From NCBI GenBank assembly GCA_963771075.1, contig CAVYSE010000011.1, positions 352,001-416,000 on the forward strand: DNA of 64,000 nt, given 5' to 3'. The DNA comes from a candidate division FCPU426 bacterium. GTDB taxonomy: Bacteria > Oederibacteriota > Muellerivitia > Muellerivitales > Muellerivitaceae. The stretch's first letter is position 1, and every line of letters starts with the position of its first letter. A program made the position numbers and the translations under genes. The notes under the pieces are model-generated. The model did not search any database. It was not told the DNA's origin and saw nothing but the letters and a program-made list of their open reading frames with translations. Below are positions 1-9,266 of this stretch, in pieces.

Positions 1-1
1 G

Positions 2-1183
2 GAAAAGAACATACCGAAAGCCATCATCATCGCCCTCGTGGTGCAGGGCCTGCTCGCCTACCTTTACGAGTATTTCTGCGCCAACATGATGGTGAGTGAA
101 AAATTGGTAGGCAGCGTGGCCGTTCCGGCCGTCGCCGCCGTGGCTGCCGTGCCGGCGAGCGTTTCGTCCGCGGGCGTCACGACCGCCGCCGTGGCCGCCG
201 TCGCCGCCGCCCCCGCGACCACCAAAGCCGTCATGGGCATGGATGCCGTAGTGGCCTCCTCGGCGCCCATCGGCGACATGATCACCCTGATCGGGAACAG
301 TATGTTCGGGCACATCGGGTTCATCCTGATGCTCACCATGTCCGCCACGGTCGCCATCGCGGTGGTCTGCACCACCCTGGCCTGCATGAACACCGCCGTG
401 CGCGTTACGTTCGGCATGGCCGAGGACCGGGAAGTGCCGAAGTTCCTTGGTTTCCTGCACCATAAATATGCCTCACCCCACACGGCCATCTGGGCCTTGG
501 CCGCCATTTCCAGCGCCATCGCCATCATCGGGGTGCAGTCGGTGCGCGGGTTGACGGGAATCACCCTGGCCTCGAATTTCGGGACCTTCGTTCTTTACGG
601 CTCGGTCTGTATCTGGACCTTCATCGCTTTCAAGAAACGCAAGGATTTCAGCTTCTTCAAACACGCCTTGATCCCCTTCTTGGGGCTCGTCATGAACGTG
701 GTAATGTGCTGGGGGGTCATTTACCTCTATACCATCGGCAATGATGACGCCAAGGCGGAGGCCAACATCTTCTTCTACATCGCGGGAGGGTTCGCAATCC
801 TCTACTTCCTGTACGTGATGGGCACCTCGGTGCTGAAGAGCCACAGCATGAAAATGATCTCCGCCATGATCCGGCCGGACGCCTTGGACGGCCTGGTGGA
901 GGCCCTGAGCAAGGAAGGGCTGGTGCAGGGCATGACGGTGACCGACATCAAGGGTTTCGGCCGCCAGAGGGGTTCCAAGACCGGGGACACCCCCAATAAG
1001 ATCAAGTTCCTGCCCAAGACCCGCGTGGACGTCGTGGTGAACGACTGGGATGTCCCGCACGTGATGGAAGTGATGCAGGAGGAACTCAACACCGGAGCGG
1101 TTGGGGACGGCAAGATCTTCGTCCTTGACGCGACCGAGGCGGTCCGGGTCCGTACAGGGGAATCCGGAGTCAGCGCCGTCTAA
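2..1183 (+). CDS. APC-family amino acid permease fused to a C-terminal PII (GlnB/GlnK-type) domain; 5' truncated by window edge
   Basis: Frame is open from position 2 (EKNIPKAIII). APC TM8-12 motifs (RVTFGMAEDREVPKFL, SPHTAI) run without a stop into a PII domain from ~848 (MKMISAMIRP, GFGRQRG, TGAVGDGKIFV, RVRTGE). Confidence 0.9.
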   Translation, partial: EKNIPKAIIIALVVQGLLAYLYEYFCANMMVSEKLVGSVAVPAVAAVAAVPASVSSAGVTTAAVAAVAAAPATTKAVMGMDAVVASSAPIGDMITLIGNSMFGHIGFILMLTMSATVAIAVVCTTLACMNTAVRVTFGMAEDREVPKFLGFLHHKYASPHTAIWALAAISSAIAIIGVQSVRGLTGITLASNFGTFVLYGSVCIWTFIAFKKRKDFSFFKHALIPFLGLVMNVVMCWGVIYLYTIGNDDAKAEANIFFYIAGGFAILYFLYVMGTSVLKSHSMKMISAMIRPDALDGLVEALSKEGLVQGMTVTDIKGFGRQRGSKTGDTPNKIKFLPKTRVDVVVNDWDVPHVMEVMQEELNTGAVGDGKIFVLDATEAVRVRTGESGVSAV

Positions 1184-1212
1184 GTTATCCAACAAGAGCT
1201 GTTGCCAGCAGG

Positions 1213-1248
1213 AAGGGTCGACCCGAAAGGGCCGGCCCTTTTTGTTTT
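1213..1248. terminator. Intrinsic terminator between convergent genes
   Basis: aagggtcgaccc-gaaa-gggccggccctt stem followed by T-run. Confidence 0.75.
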
Positions 1249-1263
1249 AAGGTGGATTTAAAA

Positions 1264-3240
1264 CTAAAGCACCCTCACCGGCACGATGACCATGTTGAAA
1301 CCCTTGAAGAGCAGGCGGCGCTGGATTTCAATGGAGGTTTGGTTGTGCAGGAGGCCCGAGAAGATGCTTTCCTTGGCGAAAATGAGCTTGCCGGAGAAGA
1401 AAGTGCAGTCGGGGAACTCACCGGATACCAGTTCGCAAAGCTTCTCCATCCCCTCGATCACGTCGATATCCTCCACATGGCGGAAGTCCGCCCGATAACC
1501 CATTTTGTGGGCCAAGGCCACGTATTTCCTCAGGTTATCCTCGGTGAAGTTCTTCAGGTTTTGAAGCTCCTCCACGCCCTTGAACTTGCTGGTGTCGATC
1601 CGGCCGATGGAAACGAACATGAAATCCTGGAACCGGTTGGCGAAGAGCTTTTGGATCGAGAAGATGGCGTGGATCCCCAGGCCGTTGTAGCGCTCGACCA
1701 TGACCACCGCCACGGGTTTTTTCTTGTCGCAGGGCCCCAGGGGCGGTTCGCTGGCGTCACGATCCGGCAGGGGTAGGTTGGTCAAGGCGTCATCCAGCCG
1801 TTTCAACCCCAATTGAACGCCCTTGTAATGGGCTTTCACCCGGAAACAAATCCATATCAAGGCCCCGGTCAACATGATCGTCACGAAGCCCCCTTCCAAA
1901 AACTTGGCCATGATGGTGGCAACCAGGATGATGGTCGTCAGGGCCAGCCCCAGGCCGTTGATGAACAACCGGCTTTTCCAATCCTTTTGCTCTTTACGGG
2001 CTTTCCACCAATGCACGCACATGGAAAGCTGGGAGAGGCTGAAGGTGATGTAAACGTTGATGGCGTAAAGCACGATCAAGGTATCCACCGAACCCTTGGC
2101 CAGGATGAGGATCACCAGGGTGGAAAGGCCCATGACCAAAATGCCATTCATGCGCACCAGCCGGTGGGACAAGTTGGCGAAGCGGTGGGGAAGCCAGGAA
2201 TCCACCGCCATGTTGGAAAGCACGTTGGGCCCGTCGATGAAGCCGGTTTGGGCCGCGATGAACAGTAGCATGCCCTCCGAAAGCAGGGTCAGGGTGATTA
2301 GCCACTGGCCGACAGGTAGCCGGAAAAGGGTCCAGGGTCCGAAGATCTGCTTGGAAAGGGTACCGTTCATGGTTTCGTCCTTCACGGCCGGGGTGTCCCA
2401 CAACATGTAAAGTACCAGGATGCCGCCGGCCGTTAGGGCAAGGGAGGTCGCCATATAAAGCATGGTGCGTTTTCCCGTCCGCACCCGGGGTTCCCGCAGG
2501 TTTTGGAGGCCGTTGGAGACCGCCTCGATGCCCGTATAGGTTCCCCCACCCAGGCTGTAGGCCGTGAAAAAGATGACCAGGAAACCCCATGCGCCCAGTG
2601 GGCCGCCGACAATCTGGTGGGTTTCCAGGAAGGTGCTGCGCACCACTGGCATAATTTGGGAGCCGTGGCCGATCAACCCAGCCACGATCAAGACGATATG
2701 GGTGATCACGAAAAGAATGAAGATGGGAAGCAGGGTGGTCACCGATTCCTTGATGCCCCGCATATTGAGCCAGATAAGGAGAAGGACCAGTAGGACTTCG
2801 ACCGCCAGCTTGTGGGCCACAAAAGCCCCTGGCATGAAATCCCCTATGGCATCGACCCCAGCGGCGATCGAGATATTGATGGTAAGGATGTAATCGACAA
2901 TGAGGGCGGAACCGGATATCAGCCCCGCGACGGGGTGCAGGAGCTTGCTGGCCACCACGTAGCCGCCGCCCCCGGAGGGAAAGTGCTCGATAATCTGGCT
3001 GTAGCTGGCGGAAATGATGAAGACGGTGGCGGCCACCGCCAGGGCAAGGTAAAGGGCGATATGGTGGTATTGGCCGCCCAGGGCCTTGTAGGTTTCCTCC
3101 GGGCCATAAGCCGAGGAGGAAAGGCCGTCCGCTCCCAGACCCACCCAAGCCAGAAACGCGATCAGGCTTAGCTTGTGAAAAACGTTCGAGTCGAGGGGAT
3201 CCTTGGGTTTTCCAAAAACGAGATCGGAAACTCTTTCCAT
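1264..3240 (-). CDS. kimA: KimA/YdaO-like APC-superfamily K+ transporter
   Basis: ADGLSSSAYGPEE, FPSGGGGY, SALIVDYILT and TGIEAVSNG motifs with a cytoplasmic C-terminal domain. ATG at 3240 with GGAGG SD; c-di-AMP riboswitch upstream. Confidence 0.8.
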   Translation of the reverse strand: MERVSDLVFGKPKDPLDSNVFHKLSLIAFLAWVGLGADGLSSSAYGPEETYKALGGQYHHIALYLALAVAATVFIISASYSQIIEHFPSGGGGYVVASKLLHPVAGLISGSALIVDYILTINISIAAGVDAIGDFMPGAFVAHKLAVEVLLVLLLIWLNMRGIKESVTTLLPIFILFVITHIVLIVAGLIGHGSQIMPVVRSTFLETHQIVGGPLGAWGFLVIFFTAYSLGGGTYTGIEAVSNGLQNLREPRVRTGKRTMLYMATSLALTAGGILVLYMLWDTPAVKDETMNGTLSKQIFGPWTLFRLPVGQWLITLTLLSEGMLLFIAAQTGFIDGPNVLSNMAVDSWLPHRFANLSHRLVRMNGILVMGLSTLVILILAKGSVDTLIVLYAINVYITFSLSQLSMCVHWWKARKEQKDWKSRLFINGLGLALTTIILVATIMAKFLEGGFVTIMLTGALIWICFRVKAHYKGVQLGLKRLDDALTNLPLPDRDASEPPLGPCDKKKPVAVVMVERYNGLGIHAIFSIQKLFANRFQDFMFVSIGRIDTSKFKGVEELQNLKNFTEDNLRKYVALAHKMGYRADFRHVEDIDVIEGMEKLCELVSGEFPDCTFFSGKLIFAKESIFSGLLHNQTSIEIQRRLLFKGFNMVIVPVRVL

Positions 3241-3298
3241 GGGCACGGCCTCCGGCGTCCCCGGGAGGGGACTGAATTTGGGCCGTCTTCTGGACGAG

Positions 3299-3461
3299 CC
3301 CTTCGTTGCCTGCGGGGTTAGCTGTCGGGCTCGGCGCGAAAGGCTCGCCGCCCAGTTTCCATTAGTTAATAAAAAGGAGACTGGATTAGCCCCAAACGTA
3401 TTGGGTCCCCCGTTCGCCCACTGGCGTACCGCAAGGTTCGGCCAGCGGGCGACTCGGCTAT
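3299..3461 (-). ncRNA. c-di-AMP (ydaO/yuaA) riboswitch #1
   Basis: Minus strand carries GCCGA...ACGGGGGACCC...TTTGGGGCTAA...GAGCCCGACAGCTAACCCCGCAGGC, the conserved ydaO core, in the 5' UTR of a KimA-like gene. Confidence 0.9.
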
Positions 3462-3520
3462 TAACGGAGAATTTTTATCTTTTTTTAATGTGGGTTCAAT
3501 GAAAGTGAGAGGAAAAGGGC

Positions 3521-3545
3521 AAATCTTAATAAATTCTTAATTATT
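3521..3545. promoter_or_regulatory. Putative OmpR/PhoB-family direct-repeat box upstream of riboswitch #1
   Basis: aaatcttaataaattcttaattatt; 20/25 identical to 7281-7305 and at the same offset from the riboswitch. Confidence 0.5.
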
Positions 3546-3757
3546 AGATTTTAGGATTTAGCGTTTATTTTCAAGGTGATTCGACCCAGTAGCTTTAAAA
3601 TCATCCCGGACATGGGGAAATGCGTGCCAAGGTCCGAATCCAATCGGGTGTATCCATCCGACCCAATCCCATTCATCTCCCTTGTTTTTTAGGGGAAAGA
3701 CCCCTGGTGGAAAAGGGGCGGAGGGTTTATTGAAATGAAAGAAAGGGTTCCCTGGAA

Positions 3758-5032
3758 ATGACCGTCTTTGACATTGCGGCGGTATTAATCACCCTGGCGG
3801 CGGTTTTTGGCTACTTGAATTACCGGTTCCTTCGGCTTCCCGCCACCACCGGCATCCTGAGTATCGCGCTCCTCAGCTCCCTTTTCATGGTGGCGGCGGA
3901 TTTGCTTATCCCCGGTTGGCACCTGGGAGCGGTGCTGAACCGTTTTCTCGTGGATATCGACTTCAACCAGGCTTTGATGCACGGTATGCTTTGTTTCCTT
4001 CTGTTCGCCGGGGCGCTGCGTGTGAAACTCAAGGACCTGAAATCCAACCGGTGGACCGTCATCGTGCTGGCCACCCTAGGGGTCCTCCTTTCCACGGCGG
4101 TGGTGGGGGGGCTGGCTTTTGGGTTCCTCAAGGCCTCGGGGATGGGGATTCCCTTGCCGGTTTGCCTGGTTTTCGGGGCGCTCATTTCCCCCACCGACCC
4201 CATCGCGGTCCTGGGACTCCTGAAGGAACTCCGCGCGCCCAAGGACTTGGAAGCCACCATCGCGGGAGAATCCCTTTTCAACGACGGCGTGGGCGTCGTG
4301 GTTTTCCTCGCCTTGACGTCACTGGCGGGAATCGGCGGGGGAGGGGAAAGCTCCCCGGCTTTCTTCGGGGTTCTCCAGGCGGTTTGGGTGTTCCTGCGGG
4401 AAGTGGCTGGCGGCGCCCTTTTAGGTTGGAGCCTGGGTTACCTGGCTTTCCGGATGCTCAAAAGCATCAACTACCACCAGCTGGAGCTTTTGATCACCCT
4501 GGCCCTGGTCATGTTCACCTACTCCGTTTCCTTCCTCCTGGGGGTTTCCGGGCCCATTGCGGTCGTGGTGGGGGGGCTTTTGATCGGCAACGCGGGAAAA
4601 CGGTTCGCCATGAGCCGAAAAACGGCCGAGCACGTGGACGCCTTCTGGGGAATGGTGGACGATATCCTGAACGCAGTTCTTTTCCTGTTAATCGGGTTGA
4701 TGGTCTTCGAGACCGTCATATCCCCCCGGATCCTGCTGGTATCCCTGTGGGTGATCCCGATCACCCTTTTTTCACGGTTCCTGTCGGTTCTCCTGCCGAT
4801 CAGTGTGCTCCACTGGAACAAAAGCCGGAAGGGCATCGTGCCCATCCTCACCTGGGGAGGTTTGAGGGGAGGCTTATCGATATCCATGGCCCTTTCCTTG
4901 CCGGCCCTCCCCGAGAAGGACCTGATCCTGTCGGCGACCTATGGAGTCGTCCTCTTTTCCGTCCTAGTCCAAGGACTGACTATGCGCCCCTTGTTGCGCC
5001 ATTACGGGTGGGAAAAGCCACGAGCAAGGTGA
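3758..5032 (+). CDS. Na+(K+)/H+ antiporter, CPA1/NhaP family
   Basis: GALISPTDPIAV, IAGESLFNDG and WGGLRGGLS signature motifs. Confidence 0.92.
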   Translation: MTVFDIAAVLITLAAVFGYLNYRFLRLPATTGILSIALLSSLFMVAADLLIPGWHLGAVLNRFLVDIDFNQALMHGMLCFLLFAGALRVKLKDLKSNRWTVIVLATLGVLLSTAVVGGLAFGFLKASGMGIPLPVCLVFGALISPTDPIAVLGLLKELRAPKDLEATIAGESLFNDGVGVVVFLALTSLAGIGGGGESSPAFFGVLQAVWVFLREVAGGALLGWSLGYLAFRMLKSINYHQLELLITLALVMFTYSVSFLLGVSGPIAVVVGGLLIGNAGKRFAMSRKTAEHVDAFWGMVDDILNAVLFLLIGLMVFETVISPRILLVSLWVIPITLFSRFLSVLLPISVLHWNKSRKGIVPILTWGGLRGGLSISMALSLPALPEKDLILSATYGVVLFSVLVQGLTMRPLLRHYGWEKPRAR

Positions 5033-5092
5033 ATGAGACGGTGTGTGAACTGGCAGGGGAGGGGAAGTTGTTGAAATTTGGCAAGCGGCGCA

Positions 5093-6994
5093 TTATCCCA
5101 CGATGATCAAATCGGCGGATTCGGGCAACCGGTCCGCCAGGTTTTTGAGCATTCTTCCCCGGACCATACGCCAGAAAAAGGTTCGCTTGGAGCTGCCGAC
5201 AAATACCTGTTGGATGCCAAGGGTTTTAGCGGCCTCGGCGATGGAAAAACCCGCGTCCTCGGCCATGCGCCAGATGGGAATACCGTTCATGCCGTGTTTT
5301 CGCAACTCCGCGCAGGAATCCACCAGCACCTTAACCGCTTCGGCCGTGGGTTTGATCTCCTGGGGCAAGAAAAGCCCCGGTATTTCATCGACAAAGACCA
5401 CATAGATATTTTTTTTGCCCAATCCTTTGGCGTAGATGACGGCGTCTTCCAGGAGTTTGGTGTTGACCTGGCGGAGGGCCACCAGGATCGGGGAAGTCTC
5501 GATGGCACTGGCTTCCTGTGCCTCCTCCAGGGTGAGAATATTGGAGGCTTCGGGCAGGTCGGCGACGTTGGATTCCGCTTTGGCGAAGACTTCCACGGCC
5601 TTGCGGGAAGCCCCGACGCGGTGCCAGACCCCGGAAGCCACCAGGATCGCGGCGATGGTGCCGCCGAAAAGGAGAGCGTCGGGCTTGTGGAACATGTTGA
5701 TCACCCAGGCGGCCAGCAGGGCGAATGTGGTGAAAAGACCGGACCAGAACTTGAAACCCCGGATGCCGTCACGCCAGCGAAGTTTATCGATGGCAATCGA
5801 TGACAGGGAAAGGGTGCCCAGGAGACCGAAGTTGTAAAGGTCGCCGAGCGCGTCCACGTTCGCGTGCGTCACCAGGATAATAATCATCGGGATCGCCGCG
5901 GAGCAGAGTATGGAAAGATAGGGCGTTCCCAGCACGGGATGCCGCTTGCGCAAGAAGGAGGGAAGGAACCCCAGGTCGGAGAGGCGCACGTTCACGTGGT
6001 AGTTGCCCACGATGGCGGTGTTGCAGGCCATGAATAAAAGGGCGGAGGCGGCAACCACCACAAGGGCGGCGAGGAGGGGGCCTCCCACGGCCATTCCCAG
6101 GGCGGACAGCAGGGAATCGGACTGGGTCTGCTTCACTGATTCGGGAAGGATGTACATCACCAGTCCGGTAATGGGGGAGGACACCAGGGCCACGATTCCG
6201 ATGACCCACCACATGGCCTTGCTGGCGGTAGCCTTCACCGGAGTTTTCATGGCGCCTGAAATTTGCGCGACCGATTCCAGGCCCGAATAGGCCAGCCATG
6301 TGGTTGCGTATCCGATGGCCAGGTTGCCCAACGTCAGTTGGACCCCGGGATGAACGATGCTGTGGAAAAACCCTCCCCAGCTGAGGTCGGGTTTGACGCA
6401 GATAAAAAAGACCGCGAAGCCCATCAGCAGGAACGTGACGATGATTTCCACGGTGGCGAAGGAGGATGTCACCGAGGCTGATTCCTTGACGCCGATCAGG
6501 TTTATCAGGAGAAGAACCAAAAAGAGCACCAGGGCGGCCACCAAAACCAGGTTGGCCTTGTCCGACAAAAGATGGTCCAGAAAACCGAACCCTGCCACGC
6601 TGGGAACGGAAGAAGTTTTTTTGTCATCCATGAGACTGGCGAGATAATAGAGACCGGAGACACCTGAAATGGCGGAGGTTAGGAAATAATCGACGGTGAT
6701 AAAGGCGCCGCCGACCAGGGGTAGGAATTCGATGGCGGAGAAAGCTTCGCGGGTAATGGAAACCACGCCTCCCCCATCCGGGCACCGCTCGCAGATCTCA
6801 ACGTATTTCAGGGCGATGGAAATGAAAACGCCGGTGGTAATGAACTGGGCCAGGGTGGCTAGGTTGCCAATGGAGCCATAGAGGATGCCGGGAGTGTAGA
6901 AGACCGAAGTGCCGATATCGGCGTAAACCACGGCGAAGACCAGGGCCCAGCCTAATTGGTGAACTTTGATGGAAGGTTTGGCGTTATCGGACAT
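5093..6994 (-). CDS. APC/KUP-like permease with C-terminal universal-stress-protein (USP)-like domain
   Basis: TM1 VVYADIGTSVFY (KUP-like), CPDGGG, TVDYFLT, YSGLES; C-terminal USP-like IAEAAKTLGIQQVFVGSS; c-di-AMP riboswitch upstream. Confidence 0.8.
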   Translation of the reverse strand: MSDNAKPSIKVHQLGWALVFAVVYADIGTSVFYTPGILYGSIGNLATLAQFITTGVFISIALKYVEICERCPDGGGVVSITREAFSAIEFLPLVGGAFITVDYFLTSAISGVSGLYYLASLMDDKKTSSVPSVAGFGFLDHLLSDKANLVLVAALVLFLVLLLINLIGVKESASVTSSFATVEIIVTFLLMGFAVFFICVKPDLSWGGFFHSIVHPGVQLTLGNLAIGYATTWLAYSGLESVAQISGAMKTPVKATASKAMWWVIGIVALVSSPITGLVMYILPESVKQTQSDSLLSALGMAVGGPLLAALVVVAASALLFMACNTAIVGNYHVNVRLSDLGFLPSFLRKRHPVLGTPYLSILCSAAIPMIIILVTHANVDALGDLYNFGLLGTLSLSSIAIDKLRWRDGIRGFKFWSGLFTTFALLAAWVINMFHKPDALLFGGTIAAILVASGVWHRVGASRKAVEVFAKAESNVADLPEASNILTLEEAQEASAIETSPILVALRQVNTKLLEDAVIYAKGLGKKNIYVVFVDEIPGLFLPQEIKPTAEAVKVLVDSCAELRKHGMNGIPIWRMAEDAGFSIAEAAKTLGIQQVFVGSSKRTFFWRMVRGRMLKNLADRLPESADLIIVG

Positions 6995-7069
6995 ATCGGG
7001 TACGGCCTCCTAAGCGGATGCCTTCCAAAGGCACCCTCTTTGTTTTGGGCCGTCGGTTATGGAGACGTG

Positions 7070-7222
7070 CCCTTCGTTTGCCTGCGAGGTTAGCTGTCGG
7101 GCTCGGCGCGAAAGGCTCGCCGGCATGATCCCTGGTGGTATCAAGTCTTAGCCCCGAAAATTCTGGGTCCCCCGTCCGTCCGGGAGCATGCACGAAGCAT
7201 GTTTGTGGGACGGTTCGGCTTT
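7070..7222 (-). ncRNA. c-di-AMP (ydaO/yuaA) riboswitch #2
   Basis: Minus strand GCCGAA...ACGGGGGACCC...TTCGGGGCTAA...GAGCCCGACAGCTAACCTCGCAGGC; ~50 nt near-identical to riboswitch #1. Confidence 0.9.
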
Positions 7223-7280
7223 GAAACATCGTTTTCTTAAGTGAGTAGTTTTGAAATATGTAAAGGAAACGGTGAATGTG

Positions 7281-7305
7281 AAATATTAATGAAATTTTAA
7301 CTATT
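7281..7305. promoter_or_regulatory. Putative OmpR/PhoB-family direct-repeat box upstream of riboswitch #2
   Basis: aaatattaatgaaattttaactatt; TTAA repeated at 11-bp spacing; matches 3521-3545. Confidence 0.5.
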
Positions 7306-7388
7306 TACAATACCCCCTGAAAAGGGGCCATTTTTCGCCGAATCTGCGACAATAGCGGAGATTTAGGACAATGACCAAGGAGCCATTC

Positions 7389-8153
7389 ATGGCGGAAAAT
7401 CGAGTTCATTTGGTGGTGGCCACACCCTGTTATGGCGGTTTGGTGACCAGTCTTTATGCAACCTCCCTCATGCGCCTTCAAAACGCCTGCCTGCAGAGGG
7501 GCGGGATCGACCTGACCGTTCTCATGACCTCGGGGGACGCCCTCATCACCCGTGCACGGCAAAGCTTGGCCGCCCAGTTCCTTCATCATGATTCAGCTAC
7601 CCATCTGATCTTCATCGACGCTGATATTTCCTTCGACCCCGGCCAGGTCTTCCGGCTTTTGGATTTCGACAAGGATATCGTGGCGGGAGTTTATCCCACC
7701 AAAAAGATCGATTGGGAAAAAGCCGCGAATGTGGCCAAGGTGGGCGGGGGGAACCTGGAATCTTCCTCCCTGGGGTACGTGATGGGACTGGAAGACCCGG
7801 CCAAAACGGAGGTCAAGAATGGGTTCGCCAAGGCGTTTTATGCCGGAACGGGGTTCATGTTGATCAAACGACAGGTGATCTTATCCATGATCGAACGCTA
7901 CCCCGAATTGAAGTATACGAGGGAAGACCAGGCCGAAGACGCCTTGCGGGGAAGCCCCTACCGTTGCGCCCTTTTCAATTGCCTGGTGGACAAGGAAACG
8001 GGAACCTACCTGAGCGAGGATTATAGTTTCTGCCGCCGCTGGCGGGATATGGGAGGCGAGATTTGGATCGACCTGCAAAGCAAGCTCACCCACACGGGTT
8101 CCATCAACTTCAAGGGTGATGTGACGACCCAGTTCAAGAATTACAATTCATAA
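7389..8153 (+). CDS. GT-A fold glycosyltransferase-like protein
   Basis: VATPCYGG, ITRARQ, THLIFIDAD (DxD), GTGFMLIKR and LSEDYSFC motifs; AGGAG SD before ATG 7389. Confidence 0.75.
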   Translation: MAENRVHLVVATPCYGGLVTSLYATSLMRLQNACLQRGGIDLTVLMTSGDALITRARQSLAAQFLHHDSATHLIFIDADISFDPGQVFRLLDFDKDIVAGVYPTKKIDWEKAANVAKVGGGNLESSSLGYVMGLEDPAKTEVKNGFAKAFYAGTGFMLIKRQVILSMIERYPELKYTREDQAEDALRGSPYRCALFNCLVDKETGTYLSEDYSFCRRWRDMGGEIWIDLQSKLTHTGSINFKGDVTTQFKNYNS

Positions 8154-8244
8154 CATTCTGTAGCACCGTAGCCTAGGAACACAGTAAAAGCGATTAAGAA
8201 ATTGAAATAGTCTTGTCATTAACTTAAAAATTAATTTTTCTCTT

Positions 8245-8280
8245 TGTCTCCGTGTCTCCGTGTCTCCGTGTCTCTGAGGC
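8245..8280. repeat. Octamer-repeat element, right arm (TGTCTCCG)x3-TGTCTCTG
   Basis: Tandem 8-mers; same family as copies at 22.6, 29.3, 38.7-38.9, 40.8, 42.9, 48.2 and 53.1 kb. Confidence 0.8.
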
Positions 8281-8312
8281 AAATGTATTTGTTTTTGGTC
8301 TTTTTTATTCCC

Positions 8313-8341
8313 GAAACTTTAGGGACGGCACTGCCGTCTAA
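8313..8341 (+). promoter_or_regulatory. Possible ECF sigma-factor promoter
   Basis: GAAACT-N17-GTCTAA about 35 bp upstream of ATG 8378. Confidence 0.4.
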
Positions 8342-8377
8342 TGTAATGAAGATCAAAAACGATCGGGAGCGGGTGAG

Positions 8378-9019
8378 ATGAAAAAGAAAATTCCGGTATT
8401 AACCATGGCTTTGGCCCTTTTGGGCGTGGTTTGGCAAGCGGCCCAGGCCCAAGTATCCGTCGGCGTGGGTGTGAATGTGGGCGGCGGGGGTGACAGTTTC
8501 CACCTGGCCATTGGCGATTATTATCACGCCCCCCCGGCCCAGGTGACGATCTGCACCCAACGGCATATTCCCGACGAGGAAATGCCGGTGGTCTTTTTCA
8601 TCGCGGGGCGGGCCCATGTGGCCCCCGGTGTCATCGTGGACCTTCGCGCCAGCGGGTTGCCATGGGTGGAAATCCTCCACCGTTACCGACTGAGCCCGAG
8701 GATTTTCTGGGTGCCCATCCATGGTTCGGTCATTGGAACACCCTACGAGCGCTTCTACCTTTATTACGGCGGGCGAGGCCCCCGGGTCCGGCTGGTGGAC
8801 GCGGATATCGTGAACATGGTGAACCTAAAGTTCGCCTGCGACTATTACCACCGCACCCCGGAGGAAGTGATCCGTATGAGGGCCGGGGGCCGCAGTTTCG
8901 CCTATATTCACGACCAATACCGCCATCCCCACTCGGTGCAACAAACTAGCCGCCCGGAAGATCGGCCCATCCACCATTTTGGGGACCATCGGGACGACCT
9001 GAGGGACAGAGGTAACTGA
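8378..9019 (+). CDS. Secreted hypothetical protein
   Basis: Signal peptide ending AAQA; SD upstream; terminator downstream. Confidence 0.8.
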   Translation: MKKKIPVLTMALALLGVVWQAAQAQVSVGVGVNVGGGGDSFHLAIGDYYHAPPAQVTICTQRHIPDEEMPVVFFIAGRAHVAPGVIVDLRASGLPWVEILHRYRLSPRIFWVPIHGSVIGTPYERFYLYYGGRGPRVRLVDADIVNMVNLKFACDYYHRTPEEVIRMRAGGRSFAYIHDQYRHPHSVQQTSRPEDRPIHHFGDHRDDLRDRGN

Positions 9020-9063
9020 ACCGACTTATAAATCTTTTAACTGAAACAGTTTCTTGAATGGTT

Positions 9064-9099
9064 AAAAAGGGATTAACCGAATTCGGTTAGTCCTTTTTT
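9064..9099 (+). terminator. Intrinsic terminator
   Basis: aaaaagggattaaccga/ttcggttagtccttttt stem. Confidence 0.8.
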
Positions 9100-9266
9100 A
9101 TTGAACTATGCAGGATGAGAATTAGTCCCTAATACACGAAAGAATTAACTATGATTAGGGCGTCATACTAAGGCTATTCCTGCCGCCCTTGCCGCAGGGG
9201 GGCGATTCAGTATCTTTATCCAGCGCCCATCATTTATTGATTCATCATCAATCGGGGGAACCAATC

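Noticed and set aside
3614..3630. sigma54-like TTGGCACGCATTTCCC on the minus strand
   Set aside because: It has a good -24 element but lacks the invariant -12 GC.
1994..5106. Long same-strand alternative-frame ORFs (1994..3148, 3916..5106)
   Set aside because: Arg/Pro/Gly-rich off-frame translations overlapping well-supported transporters.
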